DNA of 63,467 bases, counting the filler, from Octopus bimaculoides (taxonomy: Eukaryota), in the NCBI RefSeq assembly GCF_001194135.2. It is 6 parts of 6 records of this genome, joined end to end, with 100 filler letters (N's around TTAATTAATTAA, not from the genome) between each part and the next. Parts side by side here need not be neighbours in the genome. Positions count along the whole stretch, not along the records: positions 27,013 to 43,851 come from NC_069001.1; positions 43,952 to 54,289 come from NW_026305257.1; 4 more parts are not named here. The stretch is one strand, 5' to 3'. The position numbers and the translations under genes were made by a program. This document shows, piece after piece, positions 34,922 through 49,664 of this stretch. The first letter of the stretch is position 1. Every line of letters begins with the position of its first letter. The notes below the pieces were generated by a model that saw nothing but the letters and a program-made list of their open reading frames with translations, searched no databases and was not told the origin of the DNA.

Positions 34922-35490
34922 ACTAGAGTTATATAGATAGAATGAGACATGTCACCACTAGACTGAAACAGCTGTAAGTCATTGTCCCATCTGCGGTCAC
35001 TAGATGTCCTTTTTAATAACTAATATGACATAATCCTCTTAGTTAAAAACTAAACAGGTAAATTGACATAATACAATGTCTGCAAGTTGATGAATACCAC
35101 ATAATCCCCTCCATTTTCTTATTGCTATGTATATATATATATATATATCATATATAACATATATCTTACATATATATAGGTCTATTATGGTGTCGAAATC
35201 ACGTTGACATCCGATAAACAGTTAACGAGGGACGTTCTCTGGTTATGATAATTATTTTGATTTTGTTTTGCATTTTTTCCATTTCTCTTTTTATTTTTCT
35301 CGTTAATACTCATTTATTCGCAATCCTTCCTCTGGATTTCATTAACTTACCTAGAATAATACAAGTTCTTTCATGACGTTGTGGTTCCTTGACGGAGTGC
35401 ATTATTGCACTTTGATAGATCTATTCTCTAAATAGTTATTGTTTAACGACCTCGGAATATAGTTATACGGCAGATGTGAAGCATACATAT

Positions 35491-35558
<68 letters not shown>

Positions 35559-36093
35559 TTATGTATCTGTATATGTATATGTATACATTCACATATACAT
35601 ATATGTAGGTAGAGAGTGAGACCGAGAGAGAAAGACGGACACAGAGAAAGAGTGAGAGGAAAATAAGATGAACGAGTGACAAGCTGCCAGACATATATGC
35701 AGTTATGATTTGTTTGTTTACTGTAGAAGTAGAATACTTGAACACGGCGAAAAATTTATAAAAAGATAATAGAATTGAAGTACGCAGCTGAGTGCTCTTT
35801 TGTACAACCCAAATCACGAGCAATAACTAAAAGATTTCAAGAAATAATTTGGTTATAATGTCAATAGATAAAACCATTAGTAACAGCTTTTATAGCAAAG
35901 GAATTTAAATTGGAAGTAGGAACAGATATGAGTTATCAACCACACAATATATTTTTTTTCAATGTGAGTCGAATATCAAGAATTAGGTGTTTCGTGTGAA
36001 GTGTGCTACAGTTGATAAAACGATGAGTTCAGCAGCCATTTGCAATATTCTCGACACGGTCAAATGCGACGGCCAAGCAAACAACAATAAGGC

Positions 36094-36543
36094 TTAGCTT
36101 TTTAGCATTCAGACTACTTGTTTTATGTCAAAACTGACCAGATCAGGCCTCTGACACCTACTCTTCTATGTCATTCTGCAAATATACAATCACATCATCG
36201 AAATTGAAATCTCGAAACTACGAGAAAATGCGTGATTAATTCAGGACAATGTGAATAATTAAGTATTATATTTGATGAAGTAATCTGAATGCTAAACGGT
36301 CAAATGTGCTTGTTTATCTCTTTAGAATTCAAACCAGCTATATCCAGTCCAATATTCTACTTGCTTTATGCTCAGACACACCAGATCAGGCTTCTCACAT
36401 TTACCTACAATGCCATTGTAAACATATGCAATCACATCATTGAAGTCTTTGAAATCTAAATCTCATAGTTACATGATAATGAATGACAAATTCCAAATTC
36501 TATGAATTTCAACAGACAAGTAATCTGAGCGTTAAATGTTTAA
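36094..36543. mobile_element. Two adjacent diverged MITE copies (36094-36303 and 36314-36543), piggyBac-like ends
   Basis: Ends ttagctttttagcattcaga / tctgaatgctaaacggtcaa and ttatctctttagaattcaaa / tctgagcgttaaatgtttaa; shared interior ccagatcaggc...caatcacatcat. Confidence 0.6.
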
Positions 36544-36952
36544 ACCGACTTTATTTCTTTGAACATCAAGTGACAGAACAAATGGCTACTCGCCCAAGAC
36601 AGGAAGTCTTTATGTGGTCGCTCAATGCACTAAACATAGCAGTCAAAATATACTTCAAAATCATGCTCTGGTTATTTAATAGATAAACGAGTGGATAGTA
36701 TGGATCATGCGGTCTTAATATCTCCACGTATCTCCAAAAAGAAATGGTGGTTTCGGCATAAATATCTTTCAAGTGGGAGGTTTAGTTCGTGTTGATGGAA
36801 ACGATAGGTATATAAATGTAATGAATTTGTGCGAAAGAGGATGACAAATGTATATCGAGAGATAGAAACGGTGACAGAAATAGAATAGAGAGGGAGTGAG
36901 AGAGAGAGGGGGAGAAAGAGAGGGAGAAAGAGAGGCAGAGACAGCGACAGAC

Positions 36953-36983
<31 letters not shown>

Positions 36984-37877
36984 ACGTAGAAAGGAAGAAA
37001 GGAAATTGAAATGCTTCAGAAAGACGAATTGTTTTATTCTGATTTTAATCTTTAATATTGATTTGAAGATTTTGGGAGTTAAGGGACGCAACTATGGACA
37101 GGTTTTGGAGTTATTGGACCTCATCAGTGATGTATTGAGTTTGCTGTACTTAAGTGTATAAGTAACTGCGAGAAATAATACACGTGTTTGGTGTTTGCAT
37201 AAATTAGCTTGAGCGAGTCGACGAAAGAGAGTGAGAGAGGGAAAGATAACGAGAGATAGATAGATATAGATGGAGAGGGGGAAAGGGGAGAGGGATTAGT
37301 AGAAGGGGTGTATGAGTTATGGAGCCAATGAGATATGACATATGGGGCAAAAAAAGTATTGGTTTTATGTAAATGAAGAAGGGAATAATTCAGCGAAGAA
37401 TCGAGAAGAAAAGAAAACGGGGAGACCTCGTACAGAATAAGATATTGAATGGGGGAGTACAGGGGTACAGGAATAGAGGGGAGCATATGGAAAAAACGGG
37501 GTGGTTGAAAGAAGACTAGGCAGTGAGTGGCAGAAAAACTGATAAAGAAAAAATTAATTTGAAAGATAATGAAGAAGAGAAACGGTGTTGGACAGAGAAA
37601 TACAATTGGAAGGAAATGTACAGGAAGAAAAAAGGAGAAGAAGAAAAGGAAAAAGAGGGGAAAGGAGATACAGAGAAAGGTGAAAAGGGGAGAGGGAGGA
37701 GTATACTAAGCAAAAAAGAGAGAGAGAGAAAATTGAGTTTTCTGATGACAGATTGTTGACGTTTTATTTCTTGAGATAAATCTTAAGGGTTTGATCGCTT
37801 CGTTAAACATGAAACTATAGTGACGATAGAAGGGGGTTGCGGTCCGTCATTCATTAGTCGAAGTAGCAGCACCAAAC

Positions 37878-37915
<38 letters not shown>

Positions 37916-38338
37916 NNNNNNNNNNNNNNNNNNNNNNNNNNNNNNNNNNNNNNNNNNNNNNNNNNNNNNNNNNNNNNNNNNNNNNNNNNNNNNNNNNNNN
38001 NNNNNNNNNNNNNNNNNNNNGGTGGTGGAGGAGGAAGGGGAGATAAAGATTGAGAAAATGAGAAGGAGGAGGAGGAGGAGGGGGAAGCAGAAGAAAGAGA
38101 AGGAGGAAGAGGAAGAGGGAGAAGACAGAGAAGTGGAAGTGGAGGGGAAAGGGCAGAAGGGAAGGGGTGGTGGAACAAGAGGTGACAGAAGAAGGAGAGG
38201 AAGAGGAGGAGGAGGAGGAGGAAAAGAAGGAGGAAGAGGAACAAGAAGACGAAGAAGAGGAGGCAGAAATGGAGGAAGAGGCAGAAGGGGAGGAGGAGGT
38301 GGAAGCGGAATAGCAGCACAATTATTACTACTACTAGC

Positions 38339-38390
<52 letters not shown>

Positions 38391-38394
38391 TACG

Positions 38395-38430
<36 letters not shown>

Positions 38431-39670
38431 AAGCAAGGTGAGGGAAGTTTGCACGTAAACCGGGTTGGGATGAATTGAAGTGTTTTGCAAAAGTCTTCGA
38501 ATGATTCGATAAAAATCAGACGCAGANNNNNNNNNNNNNNNNNNNNNNNNNNNNNNNNNNNNNNNNNNNNNNNNNNNNNNNNNNNNNNNNNNNNNNNNNN
38601 NNNNNNNNNNNNNNNNNNNNNNNNNNNNNNNNNNNNNNNNNNNNNNNNNNNNNNNNNNNNNNNNNNNNNNNNNNNNNNNNNNNNNNNNNNNNNNNNNNNN
38701 NNNNNNNNNNNNNNNNNNNNNNNNNNNNNNNNNNNNNNNNNNNNNNNNNNNNNNNNNNNNNNNNNNNNNNNNNNNNNNNNNNNNNNNNNNNNNNNNNNNN
38801 NNNNNNNNNNNNNNNNNNNNNNNNNNNNNNNNNNNNNNNNNNNNNNNNNNNNNNNNNNNNNNNNNNNNNNNNNNNNNNNNNNNNNNNNNNNNNNNNNNNN
38901 NNNNNNNNNNNNNNNNNNNNNNNNNNNNNNNNNNNNNNNNNNNNNNNNNNNNNNNNNNNNNNNNNNNNNNNNNNNNNNNNNNNNNNNNNNNNNNNNNNNN
39001 NNNNNNNNNNNNNNNNNNNNNNNNNNNNNNNNNNNNNNNNNNNNNNNNNNNNNNNNNNNNNNNNNNNNNNNNNNNNNNNNNNNNNNNNNNNNNNNNNNNN
39101 NNNNNNNNNNNNNNNNNNNNNNNNNNNNNNNNNNNNNNNNNNNNNNNNNNNNNNNNNNNNNNNNNNNNNNNNNNNNNNNNNNNNNNNNNNNNNNNNNNNN
39201 NNNNNNNNNNNNNNNNNNNNNNNNNNNNNNNNNNNNNNNNNNNNNNNNNNNNNNNNNNNNNNNNNNNNNNNNNNNNNNNNNNNNNNNNNNNNNNNNNNNN
39301 NNNNNNNNNNNNNNNNNNNNNNNNNNNNNNNNNNNNNNNNNNNNNNNNNNNNNNNNNNNNNNNNNNNNNNNNNNNNNNNNNNNNNNNNNNNNNNNNNNNN
39401 NNNNNNNNNNNNNNNNNNNNNNNNNNNNNNNNNNNNNNNNNNNNNNNNNNNNNNNNNNNNNNNNNNNNNNNNNNNNNNNNNNNNNNNNNNNNNNNNNNNA
39501 TGAGCGGGCTTCCTTGGCCCCTGGGTGGAGCACACTACCCCTTTTAGGGGAATTTTTACTGTTTGATTATTTTTGTACTGTTTGCACGCTCATGTACTTT
39601 TTCTTGTGTATTCCCCTCTTTTGTATACGGCCCTTGTGGCCATTAAAAAAAGAATTATTATTATTATTAT

Positions 39671-39729
<59 letters not shown>

Positions 39730-39838
39730 TTGCTGTTGTTGTTTTCGCTGTTATTGCTTTTATTAATGTAGTCATTGTTCAAATTTTTTTTATACTTCAT
39801 TGGAAACATGTCGCAGAGCATCGACCAGGACTTCAATA

Positions 39839-39886
<48 letters not shown>

Positions 39887-41121
39887 CGATTGTTAAGGCT
39901 TAAGTGAGGCTGCAAGTGCAGGTTTTTTGCTTTGAACCGAAAGCTGCACGAAGTGAACGCATTATTGTGTTGTTGTGTTGGAGGTGATTGCTATGTATGT
40001 TTGGTAAACCGTTTGACATGACCCAGTTTGTAGGGAGTAATTGTCCTGTTTGGTGGGGGAATAGGACGAGTTATTAGAGCGGAGAGAGAGGCGGATGGGC
40101 AAATGGATAGCGGCAGGGACTGTCAGCCAGACGGAGCGAAAGTTAATGTGCGGGAGATTAAGTAGTAAAGTGAGAGAGCGCTGCGGGGATGGGGTGAGAG
40201 GGAGATAGTGTGAGGGAAAGGGAAGACAAGACAGGAGAGAGAAGGGAAATAAGCGGGGGAGAATAGACGTGAGAAAGAGAGATATGAAGTGAGATAAAAA
40301 CGGAGAAAAGAAAGTGTTAATAGAGAGACGGATAAAGAAGTGAAGAACGAACTGTAAGGCAAAATAAGAGAGAGAGAGCCTAGCAGAGCCTAGAAGAGGG
40401 GGAGAAGGGAGGGAGACAATTAGTGGAGAGTACAGTTTATTTACTCCATGACAAACCAATACATTAATGATGTACAAAAAGCTACATTAAACTTGAGATA
40501 TTCAAGTCGTATTCCATTTAATTGCTTCGTATCCTTTAAAATCCTAATTATTTTCTTCCATAATCCTAGAAAACAACATTGTTGTTGTTGCTGTTGTTGT
40601 CATTGTTATTATTATCATTTATCATTATCATTATTATTACTGCTACTAACGTAACTACGATAATCATTAAAGAATATATGGGGAGAATATTTATGCTGAA
40701 TCAATCTTAACTAAAATGGATTCGCAGTGAATCTGCATAAAGATAGGTAATACAGTTAAAAGCTTCAGGAAAATTGAAAAGTTTACATTTGTTACAATAT
40801 ATTGTGTATTCAATGCTTATTATTTCGGATGTATTTCAGAAAAATTTGCTAATTTGATGCAATTAAAATTGCTTGAGAATCGCTGATGTGTAACTCAGTC
40901 TCGATTTGTGAAGTTTCATTTTAAAACGAATTCAATAATGTTACTCTACTTCATATATTGAGTTCTGTGGGGTTTTTTTTTCTCTGGATTTTCTGCAACG
41001 TTGCGTATTTCCATTCCTATAAATGCGTACAAACACACACACATACACACGCACGTTTATATATATACAGTGATATACATACATATATGTGCGTATGTGT
41101 GTGTGTATGTGCGTGTGTGTC

Positions 41122-41152
<31 letters not shown>

Positions 41153-41504
41153 ATTTATTTAAAAGCAGCAGAAATATAACAAAAGCTGTTACTCAGATTT
41201 TCGCGTTCACAAAACTGTCCGATACATATATATATATATGTAGTCAGTTTAAATAAATGAATTATAAAATTAACAAACAAGAGACGTGCACAAGAAATGT
41301 ATTAGTTTGTCGCTTGATGGTGAAAAGAGAGAGAGTTCGACGTTTCGTGCATAGCTCTTCATCTGAAAGGAGAAAGGGAAAAGTCCAAAGAAGGAAAAGA
41401 AATCGCCAACAGCACGTGTGTAGTATATGCGTAAGAGAGCAGTCATACATACAAATATGTACATGTAGGTAAATTTGAACGTAGACACTTATGTTGATAT
41501 TTTG

Positions 41505-41643
41505 TGAGTCTTTACGTTCTGAGTTCAAATTCCGCCGAAATAGACTTTGCCTTTTATTATTTCGGGATCATTAAAATATGTACCAGTTGAGTATTTTTAA
41601 GTTGAAATTCCTAGCCTTGTGCGTAAATTTGAAATCATTATTA
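41505..41643 (+). mobile_element. SINE family E fragment
   Basis: tttacgttctgagttcaaattccgccgaa...gtaccagttgag. Confidence 0.75.
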
Positions 41644-42844
41644 TCACACACACACACAATCCTACATACAATTGTAAGCGTTTGCGTATGTGTCCATGTC
41701 TTTCCTGTGATCCATGTCTAACGCAAATCTGTATTTGTACACGCATGTCTGTATAAATGTGATGTGTCTCTGTGTGTCTAACTACAGTAATAAGAGAAAA
41801 TCGGTTAATTTTTAAAACTATTTCAGTAGTTTTACACAGTCGTTTTATGTAATCTATCGATCTATTGATCTGTCTAGCGTGATTCTAATCATTTGTTCAG
41901 CTTGTGTCTATTTAATATGTGGCTACTGCTGCTGCATCAAATATTACAGTTGATATACTTAAGACGTCGATTCTCGACGAGATTTTCTCGAAAGATGAGT
42001 AATTATCTTGAAGGTTGTTAGAAATTAGATATCAATGGCTTATGAACCGAAACCAAAGGAAAGACAGCTGGTCGGCCGTCTCTGCGCATAGCGTTCATAC
42101 AAAACTCTCCAACTTTCTAGCTCTGTATAACCGTATGTGAATCTATACATCTACCTATCAACCTATATATATATATATATATATATATNNNNNNNNNNNN
42201 NNNNNNNNNNNNNNNNNNNNNNNNNNNNNNNNNNNNNNNNNNNNNNNNNNNNNNNNNNNNNNNNNNNNNNNNNNNNNNNNNNNNNNNNNNNNNNNNNNNN
42301 NNNNNNNNNNNNNNNNNNNNNNNNNNNNNNNNNNNNNNNNNNNNNNNNNNNNNNNNNNNNNNNNNNNNNNNNNNNNNNNNNNNNNNNNNNNNNNNNNNNN
42401 NNNNNNNNNNNNNNNNNNNNNNNNNNNNNNNNNNNNNNNNNNNNNNNNNNNNNNNNNNNNNNNNNNNNNNNNNNNNNNNNNNNNNNNNNNNNNNNNNNNN
42501 NNNNNNNNNNNNNNNNNNNNNNNNNNNNNNNNNNNNNNNNNNNNNNNNNNNNNNNNNNNNNNNNNNNNNNNNNNNNNNNNNNNNNNNNNNNNNNNNNNNN
42601 NNNNNNNNNNNNNNNNNNNNNNNNNNNNNNNNNNNNNNNNNNNNNNNNNNNNNNNNNNNNNNNNNNNNNNNNNNNNNNNNNNNNNNNNNNNNNNNNNNNN
42701 NNNNNNNNNNNNNNNNNNNNNNNNNNNNNNNNNNNNNNNNNNNNNNNNNNNNNNNNNNNNNNNNNNNNNNNNNNNNNNNNNNNNNNNNNNNNNNNNNNNN
42801 NNNNNNNNNNNNNNNNNNNNNNNNNNNNNNNNNNNNNNNNNNNN

Positions 42845-42929
<85 letters not shown>

Positions 42930-43817
42930 GTGTGAGTGTGTCTCTCTATATATGTATGTAAGTATTTATTATGTATCTCTGTATCTATGTACGTATGTAT
43001 GTATTGCGATCTAACACAGGTTATTGAACTATCTTCTTGAATCTATTCCTAGTTTTCTCTCTTCAAGAAGAATTTATCTGAAATTAAAAAAAAAAGAATA
43101 TATTTTAACAGAAGCAGATTATATTTGAACCGTAAACCGTCAAAATCCAGCCAACTTATTGCAAATACTTCTAGCATTAGATCTCTATTCACATATCTAC
43201 AAACAGATACATCAGTATTCATAGATAATACGTCTATTTTTTATTTTTAGTTTCCAAACAAATGCTCTCAAGATTGCATGTATTTTTGCGTGTCCGTGCA
43301 TACTGGTGTTTTGTTTCAATTGAATGCCACCAACCAGTTTCAATTTGGAGTGTTTCTGCTCGGTTCTACGTTAGCTCATTACAAATCTATATTCTCTGTT
43401 CTGTAATTTTTTAGCCATGCATTCTCCACACATATATCAATTGTTCATTGTTATAAAATTCTGTACACAACTACTTCCATATAAAAGTTGATGCGTTTCT
43501 GTTTTTTTTTTTTTTTTTTTTTTTTTNNNNNNNNNNTTTTTTTTTTGTTTCTTATTGATGTAACGTTAGTGTTGTTGCATCTTGTGTTCGTTGATGTGTG
43601 AGCATGTGTGGGTGTGAGAGTGTGTGGGTCTGAATGTGTGTGTGTATGTGTCTGCGTGTCTGTATGGATGACGTGTATTGTTCTTTTTTCATATACTCGA
43701 CTCATATAAATATACTCACACACATACACACACACTCACTCACATATACATATATATACACATCCACATCCACAAATCCACAAAAATATGTATACATAGT
43801 AATATACGTATATATGT

Positions 43818-43851
<34 letters not shown>

Positions 43852-44478
43852 NNNNNNNNNNNNNNNNNNNNNNNNNNNNNNNNNNNNNNNNNNNNTTAAT
43901 TAATTAANNNNNNNNNNNNNNNNNNNNNNNNNNNNNNNNNNNNNNNNNNNNTATATACATACATACATACATACATATGTATTTATATGTATGTATCATT
44001 CGACCTTGAGTATGTGTAGCATCTGGTTGCGTTACTATGTTTTATGCGTTTAAATATTTTATTTAAATTTTGGTGCCACTTTGTCAAATGCATGTCAAAA
44101 CATAATCAAGAAACCGCCAGAACTGATATTAGTGAGGGGAAATTTCCTTCTTTTAGTGTATTTATGACTCTTGTTAGTTTGACAGAAACTAAAACGGAAA
44201 AAAAACAAAACAACAAATCTCCGCATGTTCCGTCAGTATATGTATGTGGTTGTATGTATGTATGTATATACATCTATCAATGCATATTTGCATGTGTGAG
44301 TGTGTGTGTTCTTTTTGTATGTGTGTGTGTGTGTGAATTTGTGTGTGTTTGTGTATATGTGTGTGTGAGAGAGAGATAGACATATAGACAAACAGACAGA
44401 CAGACAGGCAGTCACATCTCTTTGCTTGTGAAATAAATCCGTTCGTTGTTTTCTACTCAGCACTCCATCGCCTGAAAA

Positions 44479-44597
44479 AAATAAATTAAATAAATGCGCC
44501 CTTTTAAAGCCTAGCCAGGCTCATGGGCCCGGTTTCCCGGTTTCAATGGCGTATGTGTACCCCAGCTGGACGGGACGCCAGTCCATCGCAGCGTCAA
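44479..44597 (-). mobile_element. SINE family C/D, 3' module
   Basis: Reverse complement tgcgatggactggcgtcccgtccagctggg...gggcccatgagcctggctaggctttaaaagggcgcatttattt. Confidence 0.85.
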
Positions 44598-46354
44598 TGA
44601 GAAGTTGTTTTACGCAGAGGGTATCGGACTAACTCTACGCAAGTATAGTGCCAAGGGAAGGAAGCAAACAGTGTAAATGACTTTACATTGTAACGACTTG
44701 AATGTTACATAGCTAACTTCCAAGAGCATATTAATAGATGTCAAACAATGCTTCTCACTAGCATATAAATAAAAACTCTTTCAGCTTGCGTAATGTTAAG
44801 GTCAACTATATCTGCCTGGAAAACATCGATTCCAATATTGGAATGCATAAAAATACGCTTCCACAACTCTAAAAACCAAGCTCCAAGTTACAAAATCTTT
44901 GCTTCACTCATGACATTTTTTCACTACAATGCAACTGTCCACCGCGCATGCGAAACAACCCTGAATGAAATTGAAAGACATTACGCAGGATAGTGCAGAT
45001 ACGTCTGAATCTGCGTTATCACTGGTATCTGCATTAAGATGATGAAACAAGAGCACAAAATAAGAGACATTATATAACGATAAAGTAACCAGTGATATTC
45101 TTTAGCTAAAGGTTAGAGCTATTGTACAACTGTTGTCATTAGACACAATAACTTTACATAGCATCCAGCAATTTGAACATCCAGGCCCAACAACACAACT
45201 GAATGAACAACGAATTTAGCGAATTTGAACATAGAATTTTGCGAATTTGCGCTGGATATTTGATGATGATGGTCGTAGATTTTGGCCGTGTAATCTTTCT
45301 TCCAAGTGAACTTAGGCCTACAAAATATTTGATCACACGACCGTTTTGACCATTGAGAATAAGTCTAACTTAAGGATTAAGATATACATACATTCTTCCA
45401 TACGTATTTACACATATATACATTGTGTGTATCTGTGTGCACACACAAACGCATACACACTCGCACTCAAACATCTATATGGTAGTTCAAATATTCGTGC
45501 TAAATAGAACCGAGACATTGTTCATCACGAACATTTGAATGCTTAAAGACGTGCTTGTGTGCCAATGAAACAACGTAATGGCCGCAGAAAGCAGCAAGAG
45601 TGAGTCGACAAATACATAGACACATGTATATATACGGGTATGTGTCTGTAAAGTGGCAGTGTTTATACGTATGCATACGTATATGATGTAGAGCTAATAA
45701 CTAATCGATAAACGGATTAAAAAACAACAATCAAATATATATATATATATATATATGGAGAGATAGTAACCAATTCGTCTGCAGCAAGAACGACTACAAC
45801 AACGAAATTACACCGAGTCGAGACGGATGAGAATGGATTGATCAATATTAACGATTCTAGGAATAATGATAATGATGAAAACAGGATGATGACGGTGATG
45901 GTGGTGATGGAAACGAGCCTGCCACCACAGACACGATGACTACGACGGTGATGATGAAGAGGATGATGGTGATGATGAAGGCAACGACGATGATGATGGT
46001 GATGATGACGTGGAGGAGGAGGAGGAGGAGGCGGAGGAGGATGAGAGCAGGTGGAGGAGGAGAGCAGGTGGAGGAGGATAGTGAAGTTGATGCTAATAAT
46101 GATGCTAATGTTGATGACGGTCGTAATTTTCATGATATCGGTGATGAAAATGATTATGGTGTTGATGATGATGATGATGATGATGATGAAACATAGCAAT
46201 AATAGTCAAAGACTTAGTGGACAGATCGATAATTTGATAAACGCCCTGGAAATATTTGCAATATGAATGAATGGATGACTTAAAAGTGATAATGGAAATC
46301 TAAAGAGAGAAAAAGAGACGCCACAGACGGACAGACATTGATAAAGCGGTGGAG

Positions 46355-46536
46355 AACTAGATAGATAGACAGAAAGATAGATAGATAGAGAGGTAGATAG
46401 ATAGATAGAGAGGTAGATAGATAGACAGATAGATAGAGAGGTAGATAGATAGACAGAAAGATAGATAGATAGAGGTAGATAGATAGATAGAGAGGTAGAT
46501 AGATAGATAGATAGATAGAGAGGTAGATAGATAGAC

Positions 46537-46579
<43 letters not shown>

Positions 46580-46580
46580 G
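46355..46580. repeat. (GATA)n-derived higher-order repeat, ~16-20-bp units containing gagaggtagat
   Basis: Read directly. Confidence 0.85.
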
Positions 46581-46774
46581 TGACAAATACAGAAGGGACA
46601 AATCCTCACACATGCATGTGTGTATGTATGTTATACATTTTATATATGTACGTACCTATCCATGTTATCATTCTCATCATCATCATCATCATTATATATT
46701 TGCCATATATTTACATATATATATATACATACATACGTATATACATATATATATATATATATATNNNNNNNNNN

Positions 46775-46814
<40 letters not shown>

Positions 46815-47036
46815 TTATATATGAAGCGAGAGTGGATGGATACCTGAGCTTATGTGATTAAGCGCAGACATAATAGTGTAGTTAAGTACTTCAGATGGTA
46901 ATCACGTGGTCTTTGCATACGAATACTCCTTGTGTAGTCTTGGGTTCACAAATACCTTCTGATTAAAATATAGGAGGAAACCATCAGGAAGACAGATGCC
47001 TGTGTCCATATCTGTGTGAGTGTGTGTGCGTGTGTG

Positions 47037-47075
<39 letters not shown>

Positions 47076-47172
47076 CAGACAGACAGAGAGAAAGAGACTG
47101 AGAGAGATGGAGAGAGAGCGTTTATGCATTTGTGTGTGTATGTGTGTGTATTTATGTGTGTGCGTGTGTGTC

Positions 47173-47216
<44 letters not shown>

Positions 47217-47233
47217 GAGGTATGTAGATAGAT

Positions 47234-47318
47234 GCAGGAGTGGCTGTGTGGCAAGAAGCTTGCTTCCCAATCAAATGTTTCCGGATGCAGTGCCAATGCG
47301 TGAGACCTTACCCAAGTG
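47234..47318 (+). mobile_element. SINE family B head (diverged)
   Basis: gcaggagtggctgtgtggcaagaagcttgcttccc. Confidence 0.65.
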
Positions 47319-48049
47319 ATTTTTACTCGAACCTGGGGCCGAGCAAAGACTTGTCACTTGGCACTCCCGAGATCTGTTAGTNNNNNNNNNNNNNNNNNNN
47401 NNNNNNNNNNNNNNNNNNNNNNNNNNNNNNNNNNNNNNNNNNNNNNNNNNNNNNNNNNNNNNNNNNNNNNNNNNNNNNNNNNNNNNNNNNNNNNNNNNNN
47501 NNNNNNNNNNNNNNNNNNNNNNNNNNNNNNNNNNNNNNNNNNNNNNNNNNNNNNNNNNNNNNNNNNNNNNNNNNNNTATATATATATATATATATCAGGT
47601 TGCAAGTATACACATACACGCATATATATAGAGAGAGAGATAAATAAACATATATACAAATATATGCATACATGCCTATATGTATAAATACATACACACA
47701 TTCATACATACATACATTCATACGTAAACATAAACAGACACACATGCATGCACACGCACATATCTTTTGGATAAGGAAAAGTTATGTAATTTTTATCTGA
47801 TGGATCTTGCTCAAATATCTATGAAAATATCGGTGACGTCATTACTTTTATGGGAGATATTACAATTTTATAATTAATAATTTAGATGGTAACTGATATT
47901 AGAATGTATTTCAATATTTTCACATGGTGTATCAATAATTTTTGACGTTTACATTAAACATTATAATACACTTTGCTTGATGGAAGCACTAAATATTTAT
48001 GCCTTTTTGAATACGTATGTGTGCCAATATGATCGTATTTTCGTGTGTG

Positions 48050-48150
48050 TATAGTAGAAGACATTTGCCCAAGGTGCCACTCAGCGGTACTGAACCTGGA
48101 ACCATGTGGTTGGTAAGCAAGCTACTTACCACACAGCCACTCCGGCACCT
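48050..48150 (-). mobile_element. SINE family B, 5' half
   Basis: tagtagaagacatttgcccaaggtgccac...cttaccacacagccactcc. Confidence 0.85.
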
Positions 48151-48537
48151 ATATTATTCCCATCGAAGAGATGAAAAGCAAAATGTACATTGGCAGCGCT
48201 TGAACTCATAGGGTAATGCCGGCAGAAAGTCCGTAAAGCAGTTTCCCAGGCATGGTAACGATTTTTCCAAGTGTATTACAGCCTTTATCTCATGTCATGG
48301 GACCACCTAATATTAGGTGATTTTCATGTGATAAGGAGGTAAATGGCGGAAATTCGGAGCAACGACATAGAAAGCGTTCGTTGTGCGAAATGATTTTAAT
48401 CTGAAACAAGAATTGAATATTGTTTCTTCCGCTCATTATACTCCACGCGTCTATATATTTAGTCTTAGACCAAAAGCTTGTAATTCATAGTCTTTTCTCT
48501 CCAGCATCAGTAATAAAGTAGGTCATTTTAAGGATTA

Positions 48538-48700
48538 GGCGCAGATGTGGGTGTGAGGTAAGAACCTTGCTTCTCAACTGCATGGTTCCGAGTTCAGTCT
48601 CACTGCGCGTTACCTTGGACAAGCGTCTTCTCCTATAACCTCGGGTCGATCAAAGCCTACTCAGTGGATTTGATAGGTGGAAACTGAAGGAAGCCCGTTG
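48538..48700 (+). mobile_element. SINE family B, full length, diverged
   Basis: ggcgcagatgtgggtgtgaggtaag...ggaaactgaaggaagcccgttg followed by (TA)n. Confidence 0.8.
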
Positions 48701-48784
<84 letters not shown>

Positions 48785-48844
48785 TGGGTGTANNNNNNNN
48801 NNTATATGTGTGTGTGTGTATATATATGTATATATGTATATATA

Positions 48845-48883
<39 letters not shown>

Positions 48884-49100
48884 GTGTGTGTGTATATACG
48901 TATATATATATATATATATGTATATCTATATCTACACATGGATCTCTGGATGCTACTTATAACTCAACAGCTCTGTCTTTCCCTACCAATGGCTCCTTCT
49001 AGAATATATCCATCTCACTGTTATTCTATCCATTTCTGCCATCCTGCATCTCTCTCATCGCACGTCACTCTCTCCCCTCACACTCTCCCTCACTCTTTCC

Positions 49101-49131
<31 letters not shown>

Positions 49132-49664
49132 AATTAATGACTATATTGTATATGTATGTCTCATAGATAAGGTATCTTAAGTTATAGTCTGTGGATGTCT
49201 GAACAAAAGTGAATACAAACCGTGTGTTTATTAGCATAACAGTACCTGCGACCTTTTGACATAACTTTGTTTAATTCGTTCGTTTTGTTTCTTAATACTT
49301 GATATTTTGTTTGTGTTTTGTTCTCAGTTTCTTCTTTATTTTATTTCATTTTTTTTCCTTGTTTCGTAACTAGGGGCGGAGATTCGATAAATTAATGTTT
49401 TTTAGTGCTGATACACATAATGGTGATGCCGATAGCAGCTAAGTCTGTTTTTAGGGTCGGTGGTGGTATTGGTGCAAGTATACATTGCAGTCGTCGGAGA
49501 AATGGTAGTCTGTTTCGTTAGTGTGGTGGTAATGGTGGTAGTAGAGGTAGTATTACTTGTACTATTGGGTCTGATGATGGTGATAGCAATGACTGTCATG
49601 TTAGTGTTGTTGTTGTTGGTGGTTCTAATATATAGAATTCTTTGTGGTAGAGAAAGAGCTCCTT

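Noticed and set aside
37090-37135. Minus-strand CTGATGA-GG..CC-AAAA-CCTGTC
   Set aside because: G12 is absent, stem II has only 2 bp and stem I does not pair; at best a decayed relic.
38022-38441. 139-aa Arg/Gly/Glu-rich ORF
   Set aside because: It comes from GA-rich and (GTA)n low-complexity DNA with no domain.
45560-46330. Scattered POU, Pbx and Cut-like motifs
   Set aside because: Short motifs are expected by chance in AT-rich DNA; there is no independent support.
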